DNA of 64,000 nucleotides, taken from Nitrospirota bacterium. Its GTDB lineage: Bacteria > Nitrospirota > UBA9217. Shown one piece after another: positions 33,101-44,299 of the stretch; the stretch's first letter is position 1, and each line of letters opens with the position of its first letter. The DNA lies in contig CAVVUN010000002.1 of assembly GCA_963751455.1 (NCBI GenBank), forward strand, positions 480,001 through 544,000, written 5' to 3'. Made by a program: the position numbers and the translations under genes. A model generated the notes under the pieces. That model did not search any database, had not been told where the DNA came from, and worked only from the letters and a program-made list of their open reading frames with translations.

Positions 33101-33643
33101 TTATAACTCTTCTACCGTTATCTCCTTGTTGGTGTAGATGCAGATCTCGCCGGCAATTTTCATCGCCTCTGAAACAATGGTGCCGGCATCAAGCGTTGAA
33201 TGTGTAATGAGTGCGCGCGCGGCCGCGAGGGCATAAGGTCCTCCGGAACCGATCGCCGCCACGCCATACTCCGGCTCGATAACGTCTCCATTGCCCGAAA
33301 GAATGAAGGAACGCTCGGCATCAGCCACGATCATGAGTGCCTCGAGCCTTCGCAGTATCCTGTCGGTCCTCCAATCCTTTGCCAGCTCGACCGCCGCCCG
33401 TGTTAAATTGCCGCGATACTGCTCCAGCTTTGCCTCGAATTTTTCGAATAAGGTAAATGCGTCTGCGGTGGCGCCTGCAAAGCCGGCAAGAATTTGATTG
33501 TTATACATCTTGCGGACCTTTCGCGCGTTCTGTTTCATGACCGTGGCTCCGACCGTTACTTGTCCGTCGCCGCCAATCGCGGTTTTACCGTTCCTGCGTA
33601 CGGCCAGAATCGTGGTGGCATGAAAAGCTGCGATTTCAGTCAT
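33101..33643 (-). CDS. hslV: ATP-dependent protease subunit HslV
   Basis: [24 protein letters not shown]. Confidence 0.97.
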   Translation of the reverse strand: MTEIAAFHATTILAVRRNGKTAIGGDGQVTVGATVMKQNARKVRKMYNNQILAGFAGATADAFTLFEKFEAKLEQYRGNLTRAAVELAKDWRTDRILRRLEALMIVADAERSFILSGNGDVIEPEYGVAAIGSGGPYALAAARALITHSTLDAGTIVSEAMKIAGEICIYTNKEITVEEL

Positions 33644-33754
33644 GGGTTCCTCCCGTTCAGATCAAAGGCGGATGGACGGGGACGCAGGACCAAAATTACA
33701 TCGTCCATGGTCCGAGCGGAGCGGTCGTCCAGCGTCCTTCTTTTTTTCGTATAT

Positions 33755-34648
33755 CTATTTCCCTCTTCTTGCTTTGGGATGCGCTTTATCATACGCTTCC
33801 ATGAGCGAGTCGAGGTTGAGGTGTGTATAGCGCTGGGTGGTCGAAAGGCTCGCGTGACCCAGAAGTTCCTGAATAGCGCGAAGGTCGGCTCCGGACTCGA
33901 GCATGTGAGTTGCGAAGCTATGCCTGAGTGTATGAGGGCTAGCCTTCTGAATAAAACCTAATGTTTTCCTGTAATTCGCTAAAATACGCTGAACAGTGCG
34001 TACTGTCAAGCGTTTTCCAGCGGGTCCGGTAAATACCGCCGCTGGTTCAGAACCGCTTACTGCCGGGCGGGCACGGACATACGCTGCTATTGCATCGAGA
34101 GCTTTGCGACCGATTGGAACTATGCGCTCCTTGCGTCCCTTTCCCTTTACCCGGATGACGCGGTCATGGCGCTCGATGTCTTCGTGGTTTATTCCAATCA
34201 ACTCGCTCGCCCGGATGCCCGTGGAGTAAAGCGTTTCCAGGACAGCTTTGTCTCTCAGGAATGTATACTCCGTGCCGATTCCGCGGCGAGGCGCCTCCAT
34301 CAGCCGCTGCGCATCGTCCGCGGTCAGCACCGAAGGCAGTCGTCTTCCTCTTCGCGGCGTGGCAATCAAGCGTGCCGGGTTTGTCGTAGCATGACCTTGC
34401 CGGTTCAGGTATTTATAAAAAGCCCTCAGAGAGGAAAGCTTGCGTGCAATCGAAGTTTTCGATATGCCCCCTTTGAGAAGGTGAGCGACGAATTCACGGA
34501 GCATCCGGTGATCCACCGCGCCGAGCTGGCGTTCACCGAGAAATTCCGCGAACTGGTCCAGGTCTGACGAATAACTCCGTTCGGTGTGAGGTGATACATT
34601 TTTCTCATTTTTCAGATAATGCAGAAAATTGAATATATGCGTACGCAT
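33755..34648 (-). CDS. xerC: Tyrosine recombinase XerC
   Basis: GKGRKERIVP, HTLRHSFATH, LLGHASLSTTQRY; topA-xerC-hslVU synteny. Confidence 0.9.
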   Translation of the reverse strand: MRTHIFNFLHYLKNEKNVSPHTERSYSSDLDQFAEFLGERQLGAVDHRMLREFVAHLLKGGISKTSIARKLSSLRAFYKYLNRQGHATTNPARLIATPRRGRRLPSVLTADDAQRLMEAPRRGIGTEYTFLRDKAVLETLYSTGIRASELIGINHEDIERHDRVIRVKGKGRKERIVPIGRKALDAIAAYVRARPAVSGSEPAAVFTGPAGKRLTVRTVQRILANYRKTLGFIQKASPHTLRHSFATHMLESGADLRAIQELLGHASLSTTQRYTHLNLDSLMEAYDKAHPKARRGK

Positions 34649-34857
34649 GGTTTTACTTTAGCCCATCATGCGTTTTTTTGCAAGGACTGCCGGTGTTGAG
34701 AAGGGAAGAGGGACGAGAGATGCGGTGAGAGAAAAAGGGACGAGGGATGGCAAATGTGGTGAAGGAAGAAGGAAGAGGGAAGAGAGACGAAAAGACCGCG
34801 ATTTTGGCGTCTATCGTGTCAGCGAGTGCATGGAGCGTTATCCTTCGGCCATCGGTA

Positions 34858-37155
34858 CTACTCAGTCGTGCCGGCCGTTTCCGCGGTCTGTGCTACCGTT
34901 TCGGACTTCGGCTCTTCCTTATAGCCGCACTCTTTCTTGTAACAGGCGATATAGGGCCCGGTCTTCTTTGAGTATTTTTCTACCAGGAACGAAGCGCCGC
35001 ATTGGGGGCATGCGCGGGGAACAGGCTTGTTCCACGTGGCGAATTTGCAGTCCGGATAGTTGGCGCATGAGTAAAACACCTTGCCGAAACGTGAACGGCG
35101 TTCCACGATCTTTCCGCCATCCTCGGGGCAGGCTACTCCCGTGGACATTCCCTGGGTGTGGTTGCACTCTGGATACCGCGAACAGGCGAGAAACTTGCCG
35201 AATCGGCCTCTCTTTACGACCATGGAAGAGCCGCACTTCGGGCACAGCTCGTCTGTTGTCTCTTCGGGCGCCGCTTCGACCTCTCCGTTCTCCTTCCTGA
35301 TAAACGGCTTGGTGCTCTTGCAGTCGGGGTAGCCGCTGCAGGCGAGAAACTGGCCGTTCCGGCCCCACTTGATGATCATCGGCTTGCCGCATTTTTCACA
35401 GCTTATGTCCGTGGGTGTCTGCTCGGCTTTAAAGTCCTTCATCTCGGCCTGGGCTTTTTCGAGGCTTTCGCTGAAAGGTTTGTAAAAGTCCTTGACCGCT
35501 TCGACCCAGCGTATTTGCCCCTCCTCGATCTTGTCCAGCTCTTCTTCCATCTTCGCGGTAAAGGCCACGTCCATGATGACCGGGAAGTGGTTGACGAGCA
35601 GGTCGCTCACGAGAACGCCCAGTTCCGTTGGCCGGAATTTGTTCTCTATTTTCTGAACATAATCCCGTTCCTGAATTGTCGAAATGATCGCGGCATACGT
35701 GCTCGGCCTTCCAATCCCTTTTTCTTCGAGCGTCTTGACGAGCAATGCTTCCGAGAACCGCGGCGGCGGCTGCGTAAAATGCTGCTTTGGATCGAGCTTG
35801 ATGAGAGTGAGTGCCTCGCCCTCCGTCAGGGGCGGCAGAATTCCTTCTCCCGCTTCGTCTTCGGAAGGAGCAACGTCCTCGGCTTTTTCCTCCATGTAGA
35901 CTGCCATAAAGCCTGGGAACTTTACTACCGAACCGGTGGCCCTGAATGTATATCCGCCTGCAGAGACATCAACCGAAGTCTGATCTATGATAGCGGGGTT
36001 CATCTGGCTTGCAACAAACCGGTTCCATACCAGTTTATAGAGCTTGTATTGATCCGGTTCGAGATACTGCTTGATTGCGTCAGGTTCCCGCATGACCGAG
36101 GTCGGCCGAACGGCTTCGTGGGCTTCCTGTGCGCTTTTTGCGCTGGCGTAGACCGGTGGTTTTTCCGGAAGATAATCCTTCCCGTATTTTTCGGAGATGA
36201 ACTCGCGTGCTTCGTCCTGGGCTTCCTTGCCGACACGGGTCGAGTCGGTCCTCATGTAAGTGATCAGACCGACCGTGCCTTCCTTGCCGATGTCCACGCC
36301 TTCATACAAGGACTGGGCTATGCCCATCGTCCTTTTCGCGGTAAAGCCGAGCTTCCGACCGCCTTCCTGCTGGAGCTTGCTCGTCGTAAAAGGCGGTACG
36401 GGATTGCGTCTGCGTTCCTTCCTGTCGACTTTTGATACGGTATAGGGTTTGCCCTGAAGGTCGGCCAGGATTTTCTGCACTTCCTCGTTGTTCTTGACCC
36501 GGAGCTTTTCTTCGTCCCTTTTCAGGAGCCGTGCTTCGAACTGGGGCGGTGTTCCGGCTTCCAGAAGGGCGGTCAACGACCAGAACTCTTCCGGTACGAA
36601 GGCCTTGATCTCTTCTTCCCGCTCGCAAATGAGGCGGAGCGCGACGGACTGCACGCGGCCGGCTGAAAGGCCGCGGCGCACTTTTTTCCAGAGGATAGGA
36701 CTTATCTGGTAACCGACAAGACGATCCAGCACGCGGCGGGCCTGCTGAGCGTCGACTTTGTTCACATCGACCTTGCCCGGGTGCTCGATGGCCAGCAAGA
36801 TAGCCTTCTTCGTGATTTCGTTGAACAGGACGCGGTAGACTTCCGCGTCCTTGATGCTGCCCGAAATGACCTCGGCTACATGTGCGGCAATCGCCTCACC
36901 CTCGCGGTCCGGGTCGGTCGCGAGCAGGATACGATCGGCTTTTTTTGCCGCAGATTTGAGTTCTTTGACAACGGGCGCCTTGCCCTTGATCACAATGTAT
37001 TTCGGTTCAAAGTTATTTTCAATGTCCACGCCGAGCTTGCTTTTGGGCAGATCCATGATATGCCCGACCGATGCCTTTACCGTAAAGTCCTTGCCCAGGT
37101 ACTTCGCGATGGTTTTGGCCTTTGCCGGCGATTCGACTATGACGAGTGATTTCAT
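34858..37155 (-). CDS. topA: DNA topoisomerase I
   Basis: IVESPAK, DPDREGE, SAGRVQS, ITYMRTDS, C-terminal Zn ribbons. Confidence 0.98.
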   Translation of the reverse strand: MKSLVIVESPAKAKTIAKYLGKDFTVKASVGHIMDLPKSKLGVDIENNFEPKYIVIKGKAPVVKELKSAAKKADRILLATDPDREGEAIAAHVAEVISGSIKDAEVYRVLFNEITKKAILLAIEHPGKVDVNKVDAQQARRVLDRLVGYQISPILWKKVRRGLSAGRVQSVALRLICEREEEIKAFVPEEFWSLTALLEAGTPPQFEARLLKRDEEKLRVKNNEEVQKILADLQGKPYTVSKVDRKERRRNPVPPFTTSKLQQEGGRKLGFTAKRTMGIAQSLYEGVDIGKEGTVGLITYMRTDSTRVGKEAQDEAREFISEKYGKDYLPEKPPVYASAKSAQEAHEAVRPTSVMREPDAIKQYLEPDQYKLYKLVWNRFVASQMNPAIIDQTSVDVSAGGYTFRATGSVVKFPGFMAVYMEEKAEDVAPSEDEAGEGILPPLTEGEALTLIKLDPKQHFTQPPPRFSEALLVKTLEEKGIGRPSTYAAIISTIQERDYVQKIENKFRPTELGVLVSDLLVNHFPVIMDVAFTAKMEEELDKIEEGQIRWVEAVKDFYKPFSESLEKAQAEMKDFKAEQTPTDISCEKCGKPMIIKWGRNGQFLACSGYPDCKSTKPFIRKENGEVEAAPEETTDELCPKCGSSMVVKRGRFGKFLACSRYPECNHTQGMSTGVACPEDGGKIVERRSRFGKVFYSCANYPDCKFATWNKPVPRACPQCGASFLVEKYSKKTGPYIACYKKECGYKEEPKSETVAQTAETAGTTE

Positions 37156-37279
37156 ATAATATTGAAAATGCCCCTCGGGCGGGTATTCCTTTGTCCTTGT
37201 GAATTATTAGTTATTTGGAGCGCGCCGACCATGTCGGCGTCAATTACGGCAACATGGTTGCCGTAGTCCATATAGTCTG

Positions 37280-37741
37280 TTAATTCCAAGCCGTTTTTCG
37301 GATTCTTCGGGGAGAGGGGTTCGCCATGGGCTCGCCGTGCGGAGCGGCGAACACGGTAAACGCGATCAGCATCTTGATGCAGTCCAGGTCGATTCGGGTC
37401 CTGAAGGTGTTCATCGCTTTCTCGATAATATCTTCCCTCTGTTCCTCGGAAATGATTCCCAGAAGCGCCAGCTTCAGCACGAATCCAAAGGCATCCGATG
37501 TGAAACGCTCGCGTTCCTCGGCTGTCATCGTCCTGATCCTTACGGAGTGGAGCGCCCGCTCGGGATCGATCAGGTTATCGACCTCCCGCTGAACCAGCGT
37601 CTGCATCAATGTCAGCGCCGCGTCCGCTTCCTGCAGGCGATAGCCGCTGTTGACCAGCGCCTGCATAATCTTGCCTTCGTCGTCGAACAACTCCTGTTTG
37701 GTTCTCACCTGGTCCGCGATAATCGAGAACAGGTTCATCAT
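37280..37741 (-). CDS. Smg/DUF494 family protein
   Basis: dprA-X-topA position; RIRTMTAEERERF...GII...EDIIE pattern. Confidence 0.7.
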   Translation of the reverse strand: MMNLFSIIADQVRTKQELFDDEGKIMQALVNSGYRLQEADAALTLMQTLVQREVDNLIDPERALHSVRIRTMTAEERERFTSDAFGFVLKLALLGIISEEQREDIIEKAMNTFRTRIDLDCIKMLIAFTVFAAPHGEPMANPSPRRIRKTAWN

Positions 37742-37844
37742 CAGTTCTTCCAAAATATTCTCCGGTTTTTTATCACTAAGGCACAAAGGAAACTGCAAAA
37801 GTTAAGTTGTTTTCTTCGTAGCTTGGTGACGTGGTGGTCTTTTG

Positions 37845-38948
37845 TTAAGACTCAGCCCTCACATAATACTTTCCTGTAAGCTGCTTTGCCAGTCCTTTCA
37901 GCTCGAGCCCGATTAATATCCCGCTCACCCTGCCAGCCGAGAGTCCCGATTCATTCATGATACTGTCGATATGTCTCGGCTCATTCGTAATGCAACCGAG
38001 CACCTTTTTCTCGTCCGGCGAGAGGCCGGGGGGCGGCTGCCCGGCGGCCTGTTCCCTCTTTAGCTCAGGTTTCTGTATTCCGAGTCCGCGAAGAACGTCA
38101 GCGGCATCTTCGACCAGAACTGCTCCCCGTTTGATCAGGCTGTTTGTTCCCTTGCTGTTCGGCGACCCGATGTTGCCCGGCACTGCAAACAGTTTTCTGC
38201 CCTGCTCAATTGCGTAATCCGCGGTAATAAGCGATCCGCTGTCTTCGGCGGCTTCAATGATGACCGTCCCGACAGAAAGCCCGCTGATGATCCGGTTCCG
38301 GGCGGGGAAGTATCCGGCCTCGGGTTTCGTTCCGAATGCGTTCTCGCTTACAACGGCGCCGTTTTGAGCTATTTGCTGCAGCAGCGCCTTGTTCTCCGGA
38401 GGATAGGCCACATCGATTCCGCAGGCGAGCACTGCTATCGTTTTGCCCTTCGCTGCAAGCGCACCTTTATGCGCCTGGGTATCGATACCTCGCGCAAGCC
38501 CGCTTACGATCGTGAACCCTGCTGAAGCGAGCTCAAACGCAATCCGGTGCGTAATCGTGAGCCCATAGTGGGTCGGTTTTCGCGTACCGACGATCGCTAT
38601 TCCATCCGCCTGCCCGAGACTCCCTTTTATATAAAGGAACGCCGGATGGTCGGGCGTATTCCTGAGAGAAGCGGGATACGCCTGACTCTCGGCAGTCAAG
38701 ACCGTGACGCCGGCTTCGCGCGCTTTTTTCAGTTCCTGCTCTGCGTTCTCTCTCCAGGCGTAAGAGGTAATGCCTTCAATTGCCTTGTCGGACAAGCCGC
38801 CGACCGCGGCGAGCATTTCCGGTGAGGCAGAAAGAGCGCCTTCCGGAGATCCGAAGTGCTGTACAAGCTTCCGGAAACTGACCCTGCCGATTCCCGGAAT
38901 ACAGTTCAGTCCAATCCAGTAGAGCTCAGAAGCCGTGCTCGTATGCAT
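37845..38948 (-). CDS. dprA: DNA-processing protein DprA
   Basis: IVSGLARGID, FPARNRIISGLS, SGSLITA. Confidence 0.95.
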   Translation of the reverse strand: MHTSTASELYWIGLNCIPGIGRVSFRKLVQHFGSPEGALSASPEMLAAVGGLSDKAIEGITSYAWRENAEQELKKAREAGVTVLTAESQAYPASLRNTPDHPAFLYIKGSLGQADGIAIVGTRKPTHYGLTITHRIAFELASAGFTIVSGLARGIDTQAHKGALAAKGKTIAVLACGIDVAYPPENKALLQQIAQNGAVVSENAFGTKPEAGYFPARNRIISGLSVGTVIIEAAEDSGSLITADYAIEQGRKLFAVPGNIGSPNSKGTNSLIKRGAVLVEDAADVLRGLGIQKPELKREQAAGQPPPGLSPDEKKVLGCITNEPRHIDSIMNESGLSAGRVSGILIGLELKGLAKQLTGKYYVRAES

Positions 38949-39221
38949 GCGAATATCCGTAACGGTAGTTTTCCGCGCTTAAGCGTAGAAATTATACAGA
39001 GTCAGGGCAGATAGTCAAGGTTTTTTTTGTCAGAGGCGTGCGGGGAAAGGTTTTTACTGGTTTTTTTACCCGTGAACGCAATTTTTGTCCGGTCTTCTCA
39101 AACTTCGGTATCTAAATTTATTCTTTATCTCGAACTCAAAATCGGATATACTTTCGACCGGCATTCATTCAGCAGGGGTCACGGCCAGGGCTTTCGAAAA
39201 GAAAGGGCATCCGGCATACCT

Positions 39222-39977
39222 ATGTTTAAAAGGATCCGAAAAAGGCTGCTGCAATTCAGTAATTTCTGGTTCGGTATTCAGGAAAAGAAACGACACATCA
39301 TCCTGTTTCTTTTTCCCCTCGCTTCAGGGTTGCTGCTAACGGCGGTAATGACGTTCGCGTACAAATCAGTCGAGAAATATTTCGACTCCCGGATCTATAT
39401 CTTCTGGTTCGTCGTCTGCTCTGTCGTCATGTTCGTCTTTGTCTGGCTGTTTGCTATAATCCTGGACGAGCGGAGAAAAATAGAAGAGCAGACCTGCAGG
39501 GATTACCTGACCGGTGTCTATACCAGACGATTCACGTATGAAGAGGCGGTAAAACTGGTCGCTGAGGCCAGCCGATCGAATAAAATAATCTGTGTATGCT
39601 TTGTCGATCTTGATAACCTGAAACCAATCAACGACACCTATTCACACGCCGCCGGCGACGAGGCTCTGATCCTCGTCGGTCAGACGCTCCTCGACGTCGT
39701 CAGGGTAAACGACCTGGTGGGCCGCTATGGCGGAGATGAGTTCCTGCTTATCTGGACCACGGAAGACAAGAACACAATCAGCGAAACCTTCAAAAGAATC
39801 AAGGATTCCCTGAGTCGTATGGTTCTGAAGTGGCATGATAAGGAGATTATTATTACGGCAAGCACGGGCATTACGCAGGGTTATTGCGAGGAGAAAAGCG
39901 ACCCCGAAAAAACGCTGAAGGATCTGATCAAGCAGGCTGACAGCGTTATGAAGGGAAGTAAGAGTAATAAAAGGTAG
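39222..39977 (+). CDS. Membrane-bound diguanylate cyclase
   Basis: Two TM helices, DYLTG, RYGGDEF. Confidence 0.9.
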   Translation: MFKRIRKRLLQFSNFWFGIQEKKRHIILFLFPLASGLLLTAVMTFAYKSVEKYFDSRIYIFWFVVCSVVMFVFVWLFAIILDERRKIEEQTCRDYLTGVYTRRFTYEEAVKLVAEASRSNKIICVCFVDLDNLKPINDTYSHAAGDEALILVGQTLLDVVRVNDLVGRYGGDEFLLIWTTEDKNTISETFKRIKDSLSRMVLKWHDKEIIITASTGITQGYCEEKSDPEKTLKDLIKQADSVMKGSKSNKR

Positions 39978-40018
39978 AATAAGAGCCGCTTCGGTATTAT
40001 CCGCAAAGGCGCCTTCAG

Positions 40019-40642
40019 TCAGGGGGCTGTAACTGAAAAAGGACCGAAATGAAGTCTTTCGTTTGTTTCAAGGTCTGTTACGGCGATGCGGATTTTGAAA
40101 CCGCCCTCCTGGACAAGCTGCGGCATGCTGAAAGCGGCTTCATCGCTGACTGACCGGTCCGCGTTAGGGCGGTTCGGCTTCAGAAATACAATGCCTTGGT
40201 AGTTATCGCGGGGCGCCAGCACGGTCTCCTTCAGCATTACTTTGCCGAAATAGGCGTTCACCTTCGATGCTGTTTCCTGTGACATCCGTCCCAATACATT
40301 GTTGACCGCGGCTGCCATTATCTTCATCGGTACAGGATCGATCACTTCTTTCCCATGCATAAGCAGTACATCGGACGGCTTGATCACGTAGCGGCCCTGC
40401 CCGTGGTTGGATACGATGATGTTGATCGGCAAGACCTGCGCTTTGATAAGGTCAACCCCGAAATACTGCTTTGCACGCTGAGGGTAAGTCATCTGGTCCA
40501 CGGCAACTGCAACTCCTGCCTTGGTTTGGGAATCGGGATACATGTCCGCATCCCGCATCGGAATCGGCGTAAAACTATGGGGTGCAACGCACGCGGCCAG
40601 TACTGCACTGAATAACAGTATGCTTACAATCAACCTGCCCAT
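40019..40642 (-). CDS. Hypothetical lipoprotein
   Basis: Lipobox LAAC; no recognised catalytic motif. Confidence 0.7.
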   Translation of the reverse strand: MGRLIVSILLFSAVLAACVAPHSFTPIPMRDADMYPDSQTKAGVAVAVDQMTYPQRAKQYFGVDLIKAQVLPINIIVSNHGQGRYVIKPSDVLLMHGKEVIDPVPMKIMAAAVNNVLGRMSQETASKVNAYFGKVMLKETVLAPRDNYQGIVFLKPNRPNADRSVSDEAAFSMPQLVQEGGFKIRIAVTDLETNERLHFGPFSVTAP

Positions 40643-40910
40643 GCCTCGCCTCCATTCTTTTTTTCTTAAGAACAAAGCATATGATATCTAATTATCATTT
40701 TTTCCGGCTTTGTCAATATAGTACTAAGTATTAGATGTTCTTCCTGGTTCTGACGCAGCCGAAAATAGTTATTCCCGTAATAAAGATGAACGACAATTTA
40801 ATCCCAAGCAACCCGCGTTACTGACTCTTGACGCTGCAAATCAACTATAGTATGCTTCAGTATTGCTAAAGAGCAGGAATGATCGAAATTTATTCAGGGA
40901 GGGTAGTGCC

Positions 40911-41354
40911 ATGAAGAAATTGAGTTTTGCAGCAGCATTCGTCGTTATCATTGCGGGCTTCGCATCAACGGCCCATGCCGATCTCGGGAGTTTTCTGAAG
41001 AGAGTGGACGCGCAAGCCCGGGCGGACATAAAGGACTTCAACGTCCAATTAAGCGCGCAGTTCGGGATCCCCGTACCGAGGGTCGATGCAATCATCAGGA
41101 GCGTACCCGCGCCTTCGGACGCCTTTATGGTCCTTCAACTCGGCCAGATGGCAAGCAAGCAGCCTGAGGCTGTGATGCAGACATACCAGCGCAATCGGGG
41201 CAGGGGCTGGGGTGAAATTGCCAAGGAGCTGGGCATCAAGCCGGGCTCTCCAGAATTCCATGCGTTGAAGAACGGAGATCTGTCGTTTACCGGGGAGCCG
41301 GCGGGCGGCGGACACGCACACGGCAAGGGCAAAGGAAGGGGACACAACAAATAA
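40911..41354 (+). CDS. Secreted hypothetical protein with basic Gly/His tail
   Basis: Signal peptide ending AHA; GWGEIAKELGIKPGSPEFHALK. Confidence 0.75.
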   Translation: MKKLSFAAAFVVIIAGFASTAHADLGSFLKRVDAQARADIKDFNVQLSAQFGIPVPRVDAIIRSVPAPSDAFMVLQLGQMASKQPEAVMQTYQRNRGRGWGEIAKELGIKPGSPEFHALKNGDLSFTGEPAGGGHAHGKGKGRGHNK

Positions 41355-41895
41355 TTGAAATAATCATATTCGCTCCCTGTTCTTTTCAGGTCGGGGGGAA
41401 GTCTAGCTCCGGAGAATTGAATTAACAGGTATACCGCAAAAGTCTTGCTTACAACACGGGGAACAGCGACACGCGGCGGGATTATCCTTCTGACGCTTCT
41501 TTTTTTCCGCACCAGCGGCAGCGCTTCCGGCCCGGACGTACTCAGGACACGGCGGCAGGATTATGGTCTTTCAATGGGGCTCGGAGGGAGCCGGCGGCTC
41601 GACGATGCACACACTCTTCAAGGCCGTTTTATACTTTTCTCGGAAAGTCCACTCTCGTATTTCGCAGGCTCGTATGGGGACGGGGGGGCAGGCCGATTTC
41701 TGGCAGGTTGAGCTGGCGTGGGTCTTCGTTCCGGCCAAAAACATGAACGTGCGGGCCGTTTATTCCGTTTCGGAATCCACTCCCAAGACGCGACCGAATG
41801 AATCGTCGCTGGAAGCCAAGCTGAACAGCCGTTCCTCGGCCTCGGCCTTTCGTTCTGATTACCGGCGCCCTGTGCGCTTTCGAACTGACTCGACG

Positions 41896-43956
41896 TTATG
41901 AGGAGCGAACGGTTTTTCTTGTCTTAAATTTTTTCATCTCCTGCTTCAATAGATCGATTTCTTCCTTAAGCCTGCTGAACGAAACAGTTACATCTTCCAT
42001 TTCCTTCATTGCGGAAATTCCCGCATCTTTCATCTCCTCGACCGCCCGGACGATACCCTCATTCACGTTCAACTGTCCCCTCGCGGATTTATGCATCTCG
42101 CCGACCATATCCGATGTCAACCGGAGATTCTTTGAAATCACGGTCGTTCCCCGTACATGGTCCCCGGCGCCTTTTTTCACCAGCTCCGCGACTTCCTTAA
42201 CGTCGCCGATGGTCTCGAGCATATGGGTTGAGCCTTTTTTCTCCTCTTCCATGGCCTTTGCCATTTCTCCGATCATGGCGCGGACATTTTCCATGGACGA
42301 CCGTATCTGCTTCAATCCCTCGGCCTGTTCCCCGGTGGCTTTTTCTACAACGGCGGCCATCTGTGCCGACTTCTGCGCGGCCACCAGCGATTCGCCGATG
42401 GCTTCACCGGATTTCAGGATACAGCTCTTTCCCTCTTGTACCTTTACGACGCCGGTCTCTATGGCCGCCACTGCCTCATGGATTTCCGCCTGTATTCTCA
42501 GAAGGATAGCAGCTATATCGTGTGCGGAGGACGAGGTCATGTCCGAGAGTCCCCGTATCTCGTCCGCGACTACGGAAAACCCCTTTGCATGTTCGCCCGC
42601 TGCCGCCGCAAGAATGGATGCATTGAGGCCCAGTACCTTGGTTTTGGCGTTCACATCCGTTATTACCACAAGGATCTTTTCAATGTCTTTTGACCGCTCG
42701 GCAAGCCGTGTAATGATTTTTTCCGTGCGCATCACTTCATCCTCGATCTTTTCCATGGCGTCCACTGCATCCGCTACCAGCAGGGTGCCCCTGTCGGTTA
42801 GCAGCATTCGCACATGCGAGCTGAGGTCCGAGGACGTCTTCGTATGGTCGCGTACGGCGCTTAGGGAGGCGCTGATCTCCTCGACGGACGAGGAAGTATT
42901 TTCCACCGCATGGGAAACCTCGCCGGCATTTACGGCGATGGTCTTGGAGGTCTGCGACATCTCGGCGATCATCGCATACGAATCCTCAGTGGATGCGAAC
43001 AATCTTTCCGTTCCGGCAGCGATTTCCTCGGCTGCGGCTTTCATTTCGAGGAGGAACGCCACATTCTCGGATGACGCATGCGAGAGCCTGTCTGTGTTCT
43101 CTGTTATTTTTTTCTGCGAAGTGCTGGCCTCCCGGATGGCAGAAATCACGCCGTCTATCGACTCAGCCTGATTTCGTGCGGTCGCAGTCACGTGCGCAAG
43201 CGTCGCGGTTAGCCGCTCCATTGCTGATGCGGCATGAGTCGAGAGGGAGTTGAACCGTACAATGGTCATCGAGAGGTTCTCGATCAGGAATCGCAAGCCC
43301 TTAGCAATACTTCCTATCTCGTTTTCTCCGAACTCGGGCACCTCTATTTCGAGATCGCCTGCGGTAATGCCCTTCAGCACCGTGTTTATGCTTTGCACCG
43401 GCAGCGTGACCTTTTTTCTAAAGAAGGTAATGATTGCGTATATCACAACGACGAAGGTTATGAACTGCATGATCGGAGGAATCACGAGGAAGCGCTTCAT
43501 CACCTCATTGACCGGTTGGCCGCTATACAACAGCTGGACGGTCCCAGCCTGCGCCTTCAGCGGAACACGAACGGTGTTCACGGAGGGTATGAAAAAAACG
43601 GAGAACGGTCCCCAACCTTTCTTGTCCGCCTGGTCAGGCTCGAAGCGGCTGGGTCCTTCGGTCCTTTCCTCGATCAGGGTCCCTGTTCCGTCCGTTACTT
43701 TGATCGAGAGGGCAAGCCCTCTTTTCCGGTGTATATCCAGCAGCTGTTGAAAGGCTTTCTCGTCGCTTTCCCGCATTGAAGCCGCGTCGGCAATCTGCTG
43801 TGCGGAGATCAGGACATTGTTTTGCAGCCTCTCCTCGAGATACCCTTTTTGGTACAGAAGGAGCCAGGTATAGAGTATTCCCTGTCCCACGGCAAGGATG
43901 AAAAGAATCATGATGGTAAATCGTGCGACAAGCGAATTTCCGAAATGTCTGCTCAA
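41896..43956 (-). CDS. Methyl-accepting chemotaxis protein
   Basis: 2 TM + HAMP; hairpin LNASILAAAAGEHAKGFSVVADEIR; TTG start after GGAG. Confidence 0.88.
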   Translation of the reverse strand: MSRHFGNSLVARFTIMILFILAVGQGILYTWLLLYQKGYLEERLQNNVLISAQQIADAASMRESDEKAFQQLLDIHRKRGLALSIKVTDGTGTLIEERTEGPSRFEPDQADKKGWGPFSVFFIPSVNTVRVPLKAQAGTVQLLYSGQPVNEVMKRFLVIPPIMQFITFVVVIYAIITFFRKKVTLPVQSINTVLKGITAGDLEIEVPEFGENEIGSIAKGLRFLIENLSMTIVRFNSLSTHAASAMERLTATLAHVTATARNQAESIDGVISAIREASTSQKKITENTDRLSHASSENVAFLLEMKAAAEEIAAGTERLFASTEDSYAMIAEMSQTSKTIAVNAGEVSHAVENTSSSVEEISASLSAVRDHTKTSSDLSSHVRMLLTDRGTLLVADAVDAMEKIEDEVMRTEKIITRLAERSKDIEKILVVITDVNAKTKVLGLNASILAAAAGEHAKGFSVVADEIRGLSDMTSSSAHDIAAILLRIQAEIHEAVAAIETGVVKVQEGKSCILKSGEAIGESLVAAQKSAQMAAVVEKATGEQAEGLKQIRSSMENVRAMIGEMAKAMEEEKKGSTHMLETIGDVKEVAELVKKGAGDHVRGTTVISKNLRLTSDMVGEMHKSARGQLNVNEGIVRAVEEMKDAGISAMKEMEDVTVSFSRLKEEIDLLKQEMKKFKTRKTVRSS

Positions 43957-43981
43957 GTCTTTCTCCGTAAAGTAATTATTC

Positions 43982-44185
43982 TCACACAGCCGGGAACGAC
44001 CATTTGACAGGTCGCTCCACCGGTCCCGACGAGAGGGCGATAATGATTGTGTATCCGTGCAAGCTCGGATTATAACGCGTATGGAAGAAGAGGGTGTTCT
44101 GGATGAAAACGGGTTTCTTTCCGTTCCCACGGGATGTGATATCATAGAAGGACCCGGGGAATTCTATTCGAAGAGGTCCAGCCAT
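43982..44185 (-). pseudogene. Decayed REP-associated tyrosine transposase (Y1/RAYT) fragment
   Basis: MAGPLRIEFPGSFYDITSRGN resembles the MARPLRIEFPGAxYHVTSRGN N-terminus; out-of-frame NHY remnant of the HUH region. Confidence 0.7.
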
Positions 44186-44299
44186 GTAGCACTATAACAT
44201 GAGAAAGGGTGGTTTGCAATGAGAACGAATTGACGGTAGTGTCTCAGTTTGAAAATATTCCCCGTTGAGCTAAAGCCAAAATCATGCTATTATGGATTC

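Noticed and set aside
33755-34648. Tyrosine recombinase as a prophage or island integrase
   Set aside because: Motifs and the topA-xerC-hslVU context indicate housekeeping XerC.
41445-41901. Possible decayed beta-barrel gene
   Set aside because: Only short ORF fragments without a recognisable family signature, too weak to call.
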